Positions 27,471 through 43,548 of a stretch of 64,000 nucleotides of DNA are shown piece after piece. The DNA lies in assembly GCA_951406725.2 (NCBI GenBank), contig OX597819.1, positions 130,138,001 to 130,202,000 of the forward strand, written 5' to 3'. How positions within the stretch are numbered: position 1 is the first letter of the stretch; each line of letters starts with the position of its first letter. This DNA comes from Octopus vulgaris (taxonomy: Eukaryota). A program made the translations under genes and the position numbers. A model generated the notes under the pieces. The model did no database searches. It had not been told where the DNA came from and saw nothing but the letters and a program-made list of their open reading frames with translations.

Positions 27471-27817
27471 GTTGTTGTGTACAAGTAACTCTCTCTCTCT
27501 CTCTCTCTCTGCTCTCTGCTCTCTTTTAAAAACTTTGCCAATATCTATCAGTGTAAAACATCTGAACAACAACACTTCCAGTTGCTCTGAAGCTGTTCAA
27601 GCATTTAAAGATTCGCTTCCAAAGCAAAACTCTTTCCGATATTTGTAACTATGGTTGTGTGTATGTGTGTGTGTTTGTGTTTGTGTGTGTGTGTGTGTGC
27701 TAAGAGAATAATGGTGTGATAGATTGTTAAAGGAATAGAGAGAGAGAAGGTTGGCGCGCATGTGACAAAGAGAGATAGAAAGTTAGAGCTAACTAGATTA
27801 ATAGATAAGCGAATAGG

Positions 27818-27877
<60 letters not shown>

Positions 27878-28072
27878 CAAAGTGCGAGAGAGAAAAAGAA
27901 AGAGAAAGAGGGAGAGGGACAGAAGGGAGAAAGAAAGAGAGAGATGGGGGATGGATAAATGAAGGGAGAAAATGAGAGGGAGAAGACTAAATGAACACGA
28001 AAAACCCCAAAATATTGTATATACTGATATATAGACGCATATATAATACACGTGTGTGTGTGAATTGATAAT

Positions 28073-28462
28073 GGGATGGAAGCACTCCGTCGGTTACGAC
28101 GATGAGGGTTCCGGTTGATCCGAATCAACGGAACAGCCTGCTCGTGAAATTAACGTGTAAGTGACTGAGCATTCCACAGACACGTGTACCCTTAACGTAG
28201 TTCTCGGGGAAATTCAGCGTGACACAGAGAGTGACAAGGCCGGCCCTTTGAAATACAGGTACAACAGAAACAGGAAGTAAGAGTGAGAGAAAGTTGTGGT
28301 GAAAGAGTACAGCAGGGATCGCCACCACCCCCTGCCGGAGCCTCGTGGAGCTTTTAGGTGTTTTCGCTCAATAAACACTCACAACGCCCGGTCTGAGAAT
28401 CGAAACCGCGATCCTACGACCGCGAGTCCGCTGCACTAACCACTGGGCCATTGCGCCTCCAC
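28073..28462 (-). mobile_element. Full-length SINE family C with tail type 2 and an 11-bp TSD
   Basis: A and B boxes intact. gaattgataat at 28062-28072 and 28463-28473. Confidence 0.92.
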
Positions 28463-28985
28463 GAATTGATAATATATTCATCATGGCATGGAAACATATC
28501 GGTTTACAATACACATAGCTCTCTTTCCCTCTCTTTTTGTTGTTTTTTCTGTCTCTCTTTACACACACACACACACACACACACACATATTCCATGTGCT
28601 CGTGAAAATATGGAGCTCATGTAAATGTCGACCTGTTTGGCTAAAAATTATGGAAGTTTCCATGTAACTATTGCAAAGAGGGACCATAGTTCTTCACGCG
28701 TAATGTGTCTATTGAGTGAGTTAAACACGAGTAAAGGAGCAAATGTAAATATCGACAAGTCTTATGCAGCCTTGAATTGTTTTCTCAGTTACAAGGACGT
28801 ATTTTGATGCATAAAATTAGTATTGTTATTGTACTTCATTGAGATCCATTATTCGCTTAGAGAATATTTGTGTTTCTGCTACCGATAATGTATCTTGTAT
28901 TCTAGCGTAAATTTTAACTCCTGATAAGTAGTATCCTCCGAAATTTTACCTTACAATAATTAAAGATGTTTAGGAAGTCCTCATA

Positions 28986-29389
28986 GGCGCAGGAGTGGCT
29001 GTGTGGTAAGTAGCTTGATAACCAACCACATGGTTCCGGGTTCAGTCCCACTGCGTGGCATCTTGGGCAAGTGTCTTCTGATATAGCCCCGGGTCGACCA
29101 ATGCATTGTGAGTGGATTTGGTAGACGGAAACTGAAAGAAGCCCGTCGTATATATGTATATATATATATGTGTGTTTGTGTGTCTGTGTTTGTCCCCCTA
29201 GCATTGCTTGACAACCGATGCTGGTGTGTTTACGTCCCCGTAACTTAGCGGTTCGGCAAAAGAGACCGATAGAATAAGTACTGGGCTTACAAAGAATAAG
29301 TCCCGGGGTCGATTTGCTCGACTAAAGGCGGTGCTCCAGCATGGCCGCAGTCAAATGACTGAAACAAGTAAAAGAGAGTAAAGAGAGTA
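28986..29389 (+). mobile_element. Full-length SINE family A (reference copy)
   Basis: A box tggctgtgtgg, B box ggttcagtccc, CORE-like ggcatcttgggcaagtgtc, internal (TA)/(TG) and a (gtaaaagaga)-like tail. Confidence 0.92.
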
Positions 29390-29779
29390 TACGTATTAAG
29401 AAATACTGGCACCAAAGTTAAAACTTTTTGTAAAATATCAAACATGGCGTCCGTCTTCAACTAAAATCACATTTTCTTTCATTCATTGACTCGAGCTTGC
29501 GACGACTTTAATATCGACATTGAGATACACGTGCGTGCACACACTGGTAATAAATTGTTTTTCAGCCAGATCAATCACAGAACAGTAAATGAGCATTATT
29601 GAACTACCCGTGCTATGAGCTTCGTTTACCGGCGTTGGACATGCAAGAAACCACTCAGTCAGCTGTTATGCATTCTTTCATCATTGCATTAACTTTCATT
29701 GTCTGTTATGGTGGAACTACCCTTGTTGAAAGCTCATACACTTATGCAAATGTATAGTGCATTACAAGCCGATTAGGAA

Positions 29780-31605
29780 GTAGAATATTTTGTGATTGAA
29801 AAACGACGGCAAGGCACACTGCATCCTCTCTCCTGTGGTGATAAACAATTTGGAGTCGTTTTATGTTGAGAGACACTACCAAACTCATTCTTTGCAATAT
29901 ATTTGTTACCGAGGTGAATCAAGAAAATTCTTAACGTCAGCGCGCACAAAGTAAATGGATTTCTTCAAACGTGATTCTAAAGACGTAAGAATAGAATCAT
30001 ACAGGATTAGTCAGATTCTGGCTTGCCATATGAAGCTGTATTCAGTTAGCGAAATCATGAAACAGGCTATTGTCATGTTCACGGAAGAATGTTGTTCTTC
30101 AAGCATTCAACAAAAAGCAAAGAAAATACAGCTCTGCAATGAATGACACAATCACTCGACGAGTCAGATGCTTATCTAGTAATCTATGTGGCCAACTTCT
30201 CTGTAAATCGAGGGCTTTTGTCTGCTGCTCTACCGCTCTTGACGGCACAAAAGACGTTACGGATGCAGAGCCATTGGTTGCGTTGATCAGAGGAGTGATG
30301 CCAGACTTCCAGATTTACGAAGAATATCTCACGTTGCGTTCCATTCATGACTCCTCAAAAAGGGACAGATACAGTCTGTGAATTTCGTGCAAGCGTTCAA
30401 GAAGCATATTTGCATCCGGCAAAGCAGTTTTCGATGGCCAGAAATGGAGATCCTTCTCTGCATGGACAGAAACAAGATCTTCAAGGACTCATTGCCGGAC
30501 GGTGAGCAGAGAACAACCTTACTTCTGTAAAAGACACCGCTGCATTATACACCAGGAAAATTTCATTGCTAAATCGCTGAAAATGGCCAATACGATAGAG
30601 GCAGCAATACCAACCATACACCAGATTCGTGCAAAAGCCCCGATTCATCGTAATTTTAAGCAGTTTTTACCGGATATCGATGCTGATTATGGAGATGTGT
30701 TCATGCTGTTCGGTGGATAAGCCGTGCCACATGCCTGAACATGTTCTACAAACTTCCCCTAGAAATCAAAGCTTTTACTGAAACGAAGATAATCTTCCAT
30801 CAGTTTAGCAACAAATAATGGATTAATGATTTGGCTGTCATGGTCGATATCACTGCACACTTTGCGACTTTGAACCGCAGACTGCATTAGTAAGGAAAGT
30901 TCAACCATTAGCTGTGCAGTGCAGTGTTTGCCTTCATTGCAAAGCTTCACCTTTGGAAGATGTCGATTGCACGTGGCCCCTCGGCTCATTTCCCTTTCAC
31001 TTAGCACAAGGATAACAGATCATACAATAAGTACAGCAAGATCGTTAGTGACTTGATTAACGAATTTTTAACGCTGTTTGGATGACATCAGGATTCTTTG
31101 CCCTGAATGAAAATATTTTCAGTATCTATAGAAATAGATGTAGTCAACGCTTCTAAAGAATTTCAAATAGAGAAGCTCCTCGATTTGCAATCAGATATGG
31201 GGCTGACATTCAAGGCTAGTAAGATATTTAACTTCTGGAGTCGAATCCCGGAGGGGAAATATCCTCACTAGCTTGATAATGCACAGAAAAATACCTCTGT
31301 ATTTGGTTCAACAAATGTGTGTGAAGGATTTCTCAGAAAACAGTAATATCCAAGCCAGATATTGCAACCGATTGACTGATCCTCATATCAACCAGCTTCT
31401 CTCGTACGGCGTCTTCTGCCATGAACCCTCGTTTTGACAAACTAGTTCAAAGTCTAAATCCCAATACTCTACTAATTTTTGTTACGGTCTTCCTTCTATA
31501 AATATAATAAAATTCTCTCTAGTGACTTTTACATTTTTTGTGTGGCGCCCTAAACAAATCCAGATTTGGGATCTGGTCAGAATATTAAAATAGTTGAGAG
31601 CGACA
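29780..31605 (+). pseudogene. hAT (Buster/SPIN/GTF2IRD2-like) transposase pseudogene
   Basis: Translates to DTITRRV, ALDGTKDVTD..L..IRGV, CIIHQE (CxxH), IRAKAPIHRNFKQFL..IDADYGD and a C-terminal FGSTNVCE. Many frameshifts. Confidence 0.9.
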
Positions 31606-31969
31606 GCTTTATTTCAAAAATTATTCCGTATCCTTTCGAAATCAGTTCAAATCTTCACACATTTCGTTTCATTAACTTGTTTCGTTCCGTTGTGTTTTAG
31701 TTCATCAAATATAAGTTTTACATTGAACCATACAAGCTAGTATTTTCGACTACACACACACGCACGCATACATAAACGCAAGTACCACACGTGTGCATGG
31801 AGTGGGTTGTATGTGTTCAGTGAGTTTCTGCATATTTTTTCTGTCTCTCGAATTTCTTCTTCCAACGTATTTTCATAATGGAATCGAACCTTAAAACACG
31901 AGATTGCCAAGTAAACCACTTAACCACGTAACCACTGTTTATGTGTGAGAGGATGTTTGGTTGTGAAAA

Positions 31970-33760
<1,791 letters not shown>

Positions 33761-33825
33761 GTGAAAGAATTTACAACATAACATGGCGGTCTGTTAAAGT
33801 AGAAGAGAAGAGACGAGAGAGGAGG

Positions 33826-33874
<49 letters not shown>

Positions 33875-34012
33875 CGGGAGAATAGTCAGTGAAGCTATTG
33901 TAACTAATGAGAATGTCGCTTTGGCAAAACGTGCTACGATAAAGGGGTCGGGGAGACGAGAGGGGTGGGGGGAGTAGGATAGTGATACATTCACACATGG
34001 GCATCTATGTGC

Positions 34013-34060
<48 letters not shown>

Positions 34061-34144
34061 TCATACATGCAAATGTACTTATAAATAGATATATGTGAGT
34101 GTGTACATACACATATATCTATATATATACATATATATATATGT

Positions 34145-34188
<44 letters not shown>

Positions 34189-34821
34189 AAGCGTACACGC
34201 GTGCATGCAGGTGTGTATTTACACACACAAACACATGCACATACGCATCTGCATGAACACATGTATACCTACGCACAGATATGTATATATATGTTTACAG
34301 AAGTGTATACAGGGGAAAATTGGAGAGAAAGGTAAGTAGTGTGTGAAATAGAGAAAGAGGTGAGAGAGAGCAAGAGGAGTGAAGGTGAAAGTGAAAGTAA
34401 AACGGAGAGAGAAACGAGAAGCGAATGCGGATGCTTGTAAGTGATGCGATTGAAGGTTTGGCAAGAGATGAGAGGAACGGAAGGCTAAGAATATAGAGGA
34501 GAGAGAGAGAAATTGGGAGTGATGGAGAGAAAGGGAATAAGGGAGGAATAGGGAGAGAGAGCGGGGGAGAGAGAAAAAGTGAGTGAGGGAGAGAGGAATA
34601 GAGAAAGAGAAATGAAGGGTGAGAGGAAGAGAGGCTGACAAGCAGATCGATAACAGATCAGAATGATTAGAACGAGGTGTCATTTCGTTGATTAGGTTTT
34701 GCCGTGTTTGCAAAACGGCGAAAGATACACGTTCGAACAAATATGGCGGATCTTCTCTTTCTCATTCATAATCACTTCCTGCTGCATCGGTATCTTGTCA
34801 GTCATCTTAACGTTCTATCAC

Positions 34822-34873
<52 letters not shown>

Positions 34874-35034
34874 CTCTTTTTTCCTCACTCTTTCCACGTA
34901 TACACACACGCGCGCTCTCTCCCTCTCTCTCTCTCTCTCTCGTTCTCTCTTTCTTTCTCTTTCTCTGTATTTTTCTGCCTAACCGATTTTTCATCGCATT
35001 ATTCTGTGAGTTTGTATGAGCGTATAATGTATAT

Positions 35035-35075
<41 letters not shown>

Positions 35076-35160
35076 TGTATATATGTGTGTTTGTGTGTGT
35101 GTAGAGAGAGAGAGAGTAGCCAGCGTGTAAAGCACCAAAGTGGCCAATATACGCTGCATG

Positions 35161-35231
<71 letters not shown>

Positions 35232-35234
35232 ACG

Positions 35235-35265
<31 letters not shown>

Positions 35266-35399
35266 CAGTGCCTGTAGTAATTTTCGTTTAATTTTCGCTT
35301 GTAGGAATTTACCGAAAAATAAATACTGAATCTTCCGAAAATATTTGTCGCAGTTTTCGAAGTCTGCTGCCAGATGGTAGTGTGCTGTTTCTAAACAGA

Positions 35400-35815
35400 G
35401 ATGGGCAAAATTTCAATACTGTACTCGCGAATCGAGTTTATCTCTTTAGGTTCAAAATCTAGGACGAAAGTCTGCACAAGATCGTTATGTCGAAATTCCT
35501 GGATGCTAGAATACAAGACTGAGATTTATCAAACTAGAAATTTGCGACAGCCTGTCATATATATTTTGTATTCATTTTTGTCCAGGACATACACATGAAG
35601 TTTCCTTCTATGTCAAAAAGCTTAAGTAAGTCTTTCGATTACCACAAGCAACAGGGGAAGCCGGTTAATTCACTCTTCACAGATGTAATCTGCCAAATAA
35701 TCTTGAGTTCGATATAAAGCGAATGTTATTGGTTTTGAAATGTCGGTGGTTGAGCGCTTGTTTCTTGATATGAAACCAGCTGCATTTTCTTGGGAAAATA
35801 TTGATGAAGTGAAAG
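35400..35815 (-). pseudogene. Possible second, highly decayed hAT transposase fragment
   Basis: HIKKQALNHRHFK resembles the hAT IR..ALNHRQFK motif. The remaining frames are broken. Confidence 0.4.
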
Positions 35816-36640
35816 CACAGATACATGCATACATACATACATACATACATACATACATACATACATACATACATACATACATACACACACACAAACATGC
35901 ATACATGCATACATACATATATACATACATATATACGTACATGCATACAGACATACAAGCATGCATACATACATGCATACATACATACATACATGCATGC
36001 ATACACACAGATACATACATACATATATGCATGCATGTATACATACACACATACATACATACATACATACATGCATGCATACATACATACACACATACAT
36101 CCATCCATCCATACATACATACATGCATACGTACCTACGTCCATACATACATACAAGTTTAGAAAGCTTTCATTACTTGAAAAAATCTAGCCTTTCCAGA
36201 TTGCCGCGTAGGCATTTACTAACATAACTAAGTACAACATGTATGAATGTATGTTTGTATGTATGTATGTATGTATACACGCTCCGGCATACACATATGC
36301 ATACATATGGGGAGAAAGAGTGAGATACATACATGCACATGTTTATATTATATCATAGGTGTCTGTAAATGTCTAAGTGATAAACTAGAAAAGATGATGA
36401 GAGAAAAAATCCCAACTAATTAACGCTCTTATTACAAATACGATTTGTGAGAAAAATGCATTCTCAACTTCAAAATGTGACGCAGTTTTCGTAGATTCAT
36501 GTAGATATATTTCAGCGATGGATTGCTGTATCGTTGTTGAAACTAGTCCCTTCATTATTGGAGGACTTTAAATAAAACTAGAAGAGAATAAATATAATCA
36601 TAGAAATTACGAAACGTAGGGAAAAAGAATTAAAACATAG

Positions 36641-37230
36641 TGCTCTAGGTACAAAGCCCGAAATTTTGAGGGAGGGGGCCAGTCGATTAAATCGACCCAG
36701 TACACAACTGGTACTTAATTTATCGCCACCGAAAGGATGAAACGTAAAGTCGACCTCGGCGGAATTTGAACTCAGAATGTAAAGCATTTCGCCCGGCGTG
36801 CTAACGTTTCTTATTTCTCTATTGCCCACAAGGGGCTAAACGTAAAGGGGACAAACAAGGACAGACAAAGGGATTAAGTCGATTACATCGAACCCAGTGC
36901 GTAACTGGTACTTAATTTATCGACCCCGAAAGGATGAAAGGCAAAGTCGACCTAGGCGGAATTTGAACTCAGAACGTAGCGGCGGACGAAATACCTATTT
37001 CTTTACTGTCCACAAGGGGATAGACACACAGAGGGGACAAACAAGGACAGACAAACGGATTAAATCGATTATATATCGACCCCAGTGCGTAACTGTTACT
37101 TATTTAATCGACCCCGAAAGGATGAAAGGCAAAGTCGACCTCGGTGGAATTTGAACTCAGAACGTAACGACAGACGAAATACGGCTACGCATTTCGCCCG
37201 GCGTGCTAACGATTCTGCCAGCTCGCCGCC
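36641..37230 (-). mobile_element. Head-to-tail triple array of SINE B
   Basis: A full copy (37230-~36995), a copy lacking its first ~50 nt (~36995-36810) and a copy lacking its first ~17 nt with tail B2 (~36810-36641). Confidence 0.9.
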
Positions 37231-37870
37231 TTCAATGCCAGTGACTGAATGAGTAACTAAACAACTGAATTACTGAACAACATCGAGCAACAATGATTAG
37301 CCGAATGAGTTCAGCTGTAATTTATTTGTCGTCACACAGATGGCAGTACCGTCAACGTGTCAGTAGAAACGCGGAAATGTTTAATGAAGTCAGTGGTTAT
37401 AACGTTGAAACGAGTTCCTAACAGTGAAGCCCGTTCCTATCTCTTCATTCTACAAATCTCTTTCCATACACATGTTTCTTTCTCCCCTTTCTGTAACAAC
37501 TTCTGCCTATCCGTCTCTTTACCTTTTCGCCATTTACTCAACGTCCAGGCGGGGGTGGAGGAAAATAAAGGCGTCGACAACAAAGAGTAAAAGAAACCAT
37601 TCTCTATCGCACCTCACACCGCAAATTGCACCTTTGATAAATATTGATGCATTTATTGACTGGTTTCCTGACCGATTTCTTGTGTACCTGGGCATATGGG
37701 AATGCGAGTGTGGGTAATTAGACACTTTCACACACACGTACATGTATGTCTGCATGTATAGAACAAGTGTATACACACATGCATACACCTATACATACAT
37801 AGATATTAATACATCTCTCTCTCCCTCTCATCATATATATATATATATATTCATATACATATACATATAT

Positions 37871-38292
37871 TTACTCTCTCTTTTACTCTTTTACTTGTTT
37901 CAGTCATTTGACTGCGGCCATGCTGGAGCACCGCCTTTAGTCGAGCAAATCGACCCCGGGACTTATTCTTTGTAAGCCCAGTACTTATTCTATCGGTATC
38001 TTTTGCCGAACCGCTAAGTGACGGGGACGTAAACACACCAGCATCGGTTGTCAAGCAATGCTAGGGGGACAAACACAGACACACAAACACATACACACAC
38101 ACATATATATATATATATATACATATATACGACAGGCTTCTTTCAGTTTCCGTCTACCAAATCCATTCACAATGTATTGGTCGGCCCGAGGCTATAGTAG
38201 AAGACACTTGCCCAAGATGTCACACAGTGGGACTGAACCCGGAGCCATGTGGTTGGTTATCAAGCTACTTACCACACAGCCACTCCTGCGCC
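37871..38292 (-). mobile_element. Full-length SINE family A in (TA)n
   Basis: Near-identical reverse complement of 28986-29389. Confidence 0.92.
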
Positions 38293-38572
38293 TATATATA
38301 TGTGTCTATGTGTATATATATATCTATACATATGTGTGTGCGTGTATATGCTGTAAATAAATGTATATATATATATATATATATATATATTCCTTTGTTC
38401 CTCTTTTCCTCTCTCTTCCCTACTCACGTGACCGTTGGCCAACTTCTGGCCTTTTTGGGTTTGGCAGCGGTCGCTGTCACATCGATACTTTTCCTCTGCC
38501 GTAAGGCTTAATTCCCAACACGCCAGCTGAATTCAATTCGTCTCCAGTTGAAAGACGCCTGTTGTGATGTCC

Positions 38573-38639
<67 letters not shown>

Positions 38640-38934
38640 TTTTTTGTACTATTTTTGTATTTATATTCATATAACATCGTCCGTTTTTCCGTTCTTGTTT
38701 CGTATACATTCGAACCTTTTTTTCCATGCTCTTAGCTTAGCTTATTCCTTGGGGCTGGTCAGATGGGAGCAATCTCAAGATTAATCAGCCGAAATTTCGA
38801 GGATGATCCGGTTCTTGACTAAAGGTTATAGGCTTCAAATGACCCGTCCATGTTTTTGTATCGTCTACTTGAATGTTTTGCGTTCTTGTCCCACTTTGTA
38901 TATACATACATACACACACACACACACACATACA

Positions 38935-38996
<62 letters not shown>

Positions 38997-39287
38997 GGAA
39001 GCAAATTAAGCTTACCACATGGGCACGCATACACACACACGTACGTATGTATGTATGTATGTTTGTATCTGTTTGAGGGAGAAAATACTCGAAAGGAGGG
39101 AAGGAATTTATCCTATTGTCCGAGCTCTCCAGTATTGGCCAGTGATTAGAAATACGGCTGTTGACGACAAACTGTATGAAACCGATACATCAGTCGATAA
39201 TATCTTATCTGGAGGTTATATATCACAGACCAGACACCATCAGAAACAACAACAACAATGAAAAAGACAGTAATTATCATGTAGATT

Positions 39288-39305
39288 ATGATGAAGAGGA
39301 CGACA

Positions 39306-39350
<45 letters not shown>

Positions 39351-39361
39351 ATGATGATGGC

Positions 39362-39408
<47 letters not shown>

Positions 39409-39449
39409 CAACGATGACGGTTATGATGATGATGATGAAGAGGACGACA

Positions 39450-39515
<66 letters not shown>

Positions 39516-39527
39516 ATGATGATGGTG

Positions 39528-39559
<32 letters not shown>

Positions 39560-39620
39560 GATGGTGGTGATGATGATGACAACGATGACGGTTATGATGA
39601 TGATGATGAAGAGGACGACA

Positions 39621-39656
<36 letters not shown>

Positions 39657-39761
39657 ATGATGATGGTGATGACGATGATGATGATGGTGATGATGATGAT
39701 GATGGTGGTGATGATTATGACAACGATGACGGTTATGATGATGATGATGAAGAGGACGACA

Positions 39762-39797
<36 letters not shown>

Positions 39798-39820
39798 ATG
39801 ATGATGATGATGATGATGGT
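39288..39820 (+). repeat. (GAT)n microsatellite with higher-order 141-171 bp units
   Basis: gaagaggacgacaat at 39293, 39437, 39608 and 39749. gacaacgatgacggttat recurs in the first three units. Confidence 0.92.
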
Positions 39821-39957
39821 GTTATTGTAAGTAGTGCTGTGCTGTCTGGTAATACTTGGTGTTGTGCATATGATAGCTGATGGTGTCGATGGAGGCCATG
39901 ACGATGGAGATGGCGATAATGGTAGTGTTCAAGATGCAATGATGATGACGTTGACGC

Positions 39958-40013
<56 letters not shown>

Positions 40014-40014
40014 T

Positions 40015-40258
40015 TTATTATTATTATTATTATTCAGTAGTTTTATTTTTATTTTTATAGCGTGCTTTCATTTCACTACCGAGCGCAGCTCTGTGTGCCT
40101 CGGGTATGTGCTGTGATTTGTTGTGATGCTCTGATGGTTATTGTATGGAAAGTGTTCTGCGTAGGATGTGTGCAGTGCCTAGTAGTGCAATTTTCTGTGT
40201 GTTATATGTGTTTGTATGTCCTGGTGTTTTTGTTATGTATTTGTCTGAATATTTTTTT
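40015..40258 (-). mobile_element. R4/Dong-like retrotransposon 3' end in (TAA)n
   Basis: Minus frame KYSDKYITKTPGHTNTYNTQKIALLGTAHILRRTLSIQ* (stop at 40140-40138), then a 3'UTR and (TAA)n tail. A long (TAA)n lies at the 5' junction (40260-40470). Confidence 0.85.
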
Positions 40259-40322
40259 TTTATTATTTATTATTATTTATTATTATTATTTATTATATTT
40301 ATTATTTATTAATATTTATGAA

Positions 40323-40435
<113 letters not shown>

Positions 40436-40960
40436 ATTATTTTTATTATTATTATTATTAATATTATATTTCTAAAAATATATTCAGTCGTAGCGTTTCC
40501 AAAAGATAGAAAAGAACAGAAATTAAGGAGCGAAAAACAAAAGAAGAAATATAAACTTGTAGTAAGACACTCCTTGACTTTTAAAAAATGTTTCAGGGAA
40601 TAGCTACAACTTGAAGAAGCATTAATATCTTCCAGAGTACAAGAAGTATATGATAAAAGGTAAGCTGTTTATCACACTAAGATGAAACCGCTTTTTATTT
40701 ATTAATTTTCTTATTTGGCTACAGAATGCTATGCTAAACCGATTGCAAGAAAAGTCCACACGTAGCCAATAATTGAAAATATTGAATATGAAAGAAATAA
40801 TTTAAAGAAATACAAACACAAAACCCACAATGTTGATTGGAAGGTGCATGGCTCAAAGTTTTTCCACCAGAAAGTATCGAAAGTATGTTTTTGAAGTAGA
40901 ATAGATCAATTAACTGCAGAATGTGTGGTGTTGGGAAGAAACAATTAATCATTTTGTCTC

Positions 40961-41143
40961 GTGTGTACCGTTGGCGATTTTTTTTTCCGTCTGTCTTCCC
41001 TTCTCGGGATCTTTCCGACGAAGAGCTCCGCTCGAAACGTTAAATCCTCATTCTTTCCTTCATTCCTGAGCGTCCAATAATACTATATTTGTTCCACGTC
41101 CTCGCATTGTTGTGTTTTTTTGTGTTTTCTTGTTTGGATTAAC
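40961..41143 (+). mobile_element. Family D short repeat (PLE pLTR-like) with a hammerhead-like motif at 41012-41044
   Basis: UUU-CCGACGA-A-GAGC[UCC]GCUC-GAAACGUU-AAA. Second copy at 61796-62020 (-). Confidence 0.75.
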
Positions 41144-41264
<121 letters not shown>

Positions 41265-41267
41265 ATG

Positions 41268-41470
41268 TTTGTGTGTCTGTGTTTGTCCCCCCAACATCGC
41301 TTGACAACCGATGGTGGTGTGTTTACGTCCCCGTAAATTAGCGGTTCGGCAGAAGAGACCGATAGAATAAGTACTAGGCATCCAAAGAATAAGTACTGGG
41401 GTCGATCTGCTCGACTAAAGGTGGTGCTCCAGCATGGCCGCAGCCAAATGACTGAAACAAAAGAAGTAAA
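41268..41470 (+). mobile_element. SINE family A, 3' half, preceded by a long (TA)n(TG)n
   Basis: gtgtttgtccccc..gcttgacaaccgatg..ggtgctccagcatggccgcag. Confidence 0.88.
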
Positions 41471-41504
41471 GTCTTAACCAAAAGAGAATATATGTTCATG
41501 AATG

Positions 41505-41830
41505 GTAGAGATGGGTCCATCGCATCCTGGAAATGACGTGAGTATTATGAAATACCGATGGGGAAGAATTGGCATAAAGAAGCATCGGAAAAAATCTCAG
41601 AGAATCGCAGACTGACCATACTTTGTGATGTGCCAATTTACGCGGATGGCAAGTTCGAAGGAGAAGGCTATATTTTGTGGCTTGACCTGCAAGAAATAGT
41701 GGTGAAATTTCCCCGAAGTTTAACTCTACCCAATAAAAAGTAGGAAGAATTCTTTGGATAATATAGTCTTAGATACAGTCAGTTTGAAAAGGGGGAAAAA
41801 ACTAACAGGATAGGTACTGCTGGAATGATA
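41505..41830 (+). mobile_element. Degenerate R4/Dong-like fragment (region upstream of the RLE motif)
   Basis: YEIPMGKNWHKEASEKISENRRLTILCDVPIYAD matches the Y.I...W....PEKV.EN...ILWD.PI.TD pattern. Confidence 0.6.
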
Positions 41831-42097
41831 TTAAATAAAATCTGCAGTATTAGTGCTGATATGACGTAAGCGACAACAATTCCTATTTTCGAGTTGGGAA
41901 GCGCTATTTTCTATATTTTGTTCATTGTACAAAAAATTCCTGACACTTCCTGCCAAACGGTGTCTGTATGTCTGTATGTATATGTGTCTGTCTGTCTCTC
42001 TGTCTGCCTGCTCGTTAGTATGTGAGTCTATCTGTCTCATTCTCTCTTTCTCTCTCTCTCAATCTCTCTTCTTCCCACTTTGTGCTCTCTCGTTCTT

Positions 42098-42169
<72 letters not shown>

Positions 42170-42374
42170 CTTTATTTGAAATACTAGGTTTACATACATT
42201 TTGCGCTCGTGACGGAAATACAAAACTGCTTCAACATACAAACTGATTATACAAATACACAGACAAACATGCAGACACACACTCACAAACACACATATAC
42301 ACACACACTCTCACACATGCAGACATACACACACGCAGACATACACACACATACACGCACACCTACATGCATGC

Positions 42375-42411
<37 letters not shown>

Positions 42412-42616
42412 GATAGACAGAGAGACAGACAGACAGCTAGACAGACAAATAGATTGATAGATAGACAGAGAGATAAACAGGTGCGGATATAGGCATGCAA
42501 AAAATGTGTGCGTGTGCGCTGGCGCATTAACGAATACATTTAGATATAATGTTTGCATGCTCCGGACATACGCACGCTCACACATGCACAGAGAAACATC
42601 TCTGTATAAGTACCCC

Positions 42617-42925
<309 letters not shown>

Positions 42926-43499
42926 CATATGTATTTATATATGTGTGTGTATGCATATGTATATCTGTATGTACACATACACACACATTCATACACACAC
43001 ATATATATGAATGTATGTATGTATATATATATAGGGGGGAAACCTATTTGCGAATCGGACATAAGTTTACATTGATAATTAACATTGATTCCATCTGATA
43101 CAAATGTTAGCAAAGCTTTATACGTTTTAATGAAGCATTCCATAAACAATATCCGGTTTTCATGGGTTCTTCATTCATACATTCATTGACACAAACTATC
43201 CACGAGATAAATGAAGTATGTTTTAGTGCTATTAATTAACTTGGAGAGATTGATTATAGCTTGATTGAGTTCTCTGAACGGGTGTGTGGAGGGGGAGTAT
43301 AATGGCTTACGGTGTTGCACTTAGTGTCTCTCTCATGTCTTCCGTCTCTTTCTCTCTCACTTTCTTTTTCCCTTTCTCTCTCTCTCTCTACGCGTGTGTG
43401 TACGTGTGTGCACCTGTCTGTCTTTCTACCTATCTATACACACAACACACATATATGCATACATATACACACGTATATAGACATTTAAATACATATACA

Positions 43500-43548
<49 letters not shown>

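Noticed and set aside
29955-30720. GTF2IRD2/ZBED-like host gene
   Set aside because: Multiple frameshifts and stops indicate a decayed hAT transposon.
38740-38900. Another hammerhead-bearing repeat
   Set aside because: It looks like an interspersed repeat next to (TA)/(CA), but no CUGANGA core pairs with its GAAA.
39288-39830. Poly-Met ORF or aspein-like gene call
   Set aside because: These are alternative frames of (GAT)n with no signal peptide or splice support. Kept only as a repeat finding.
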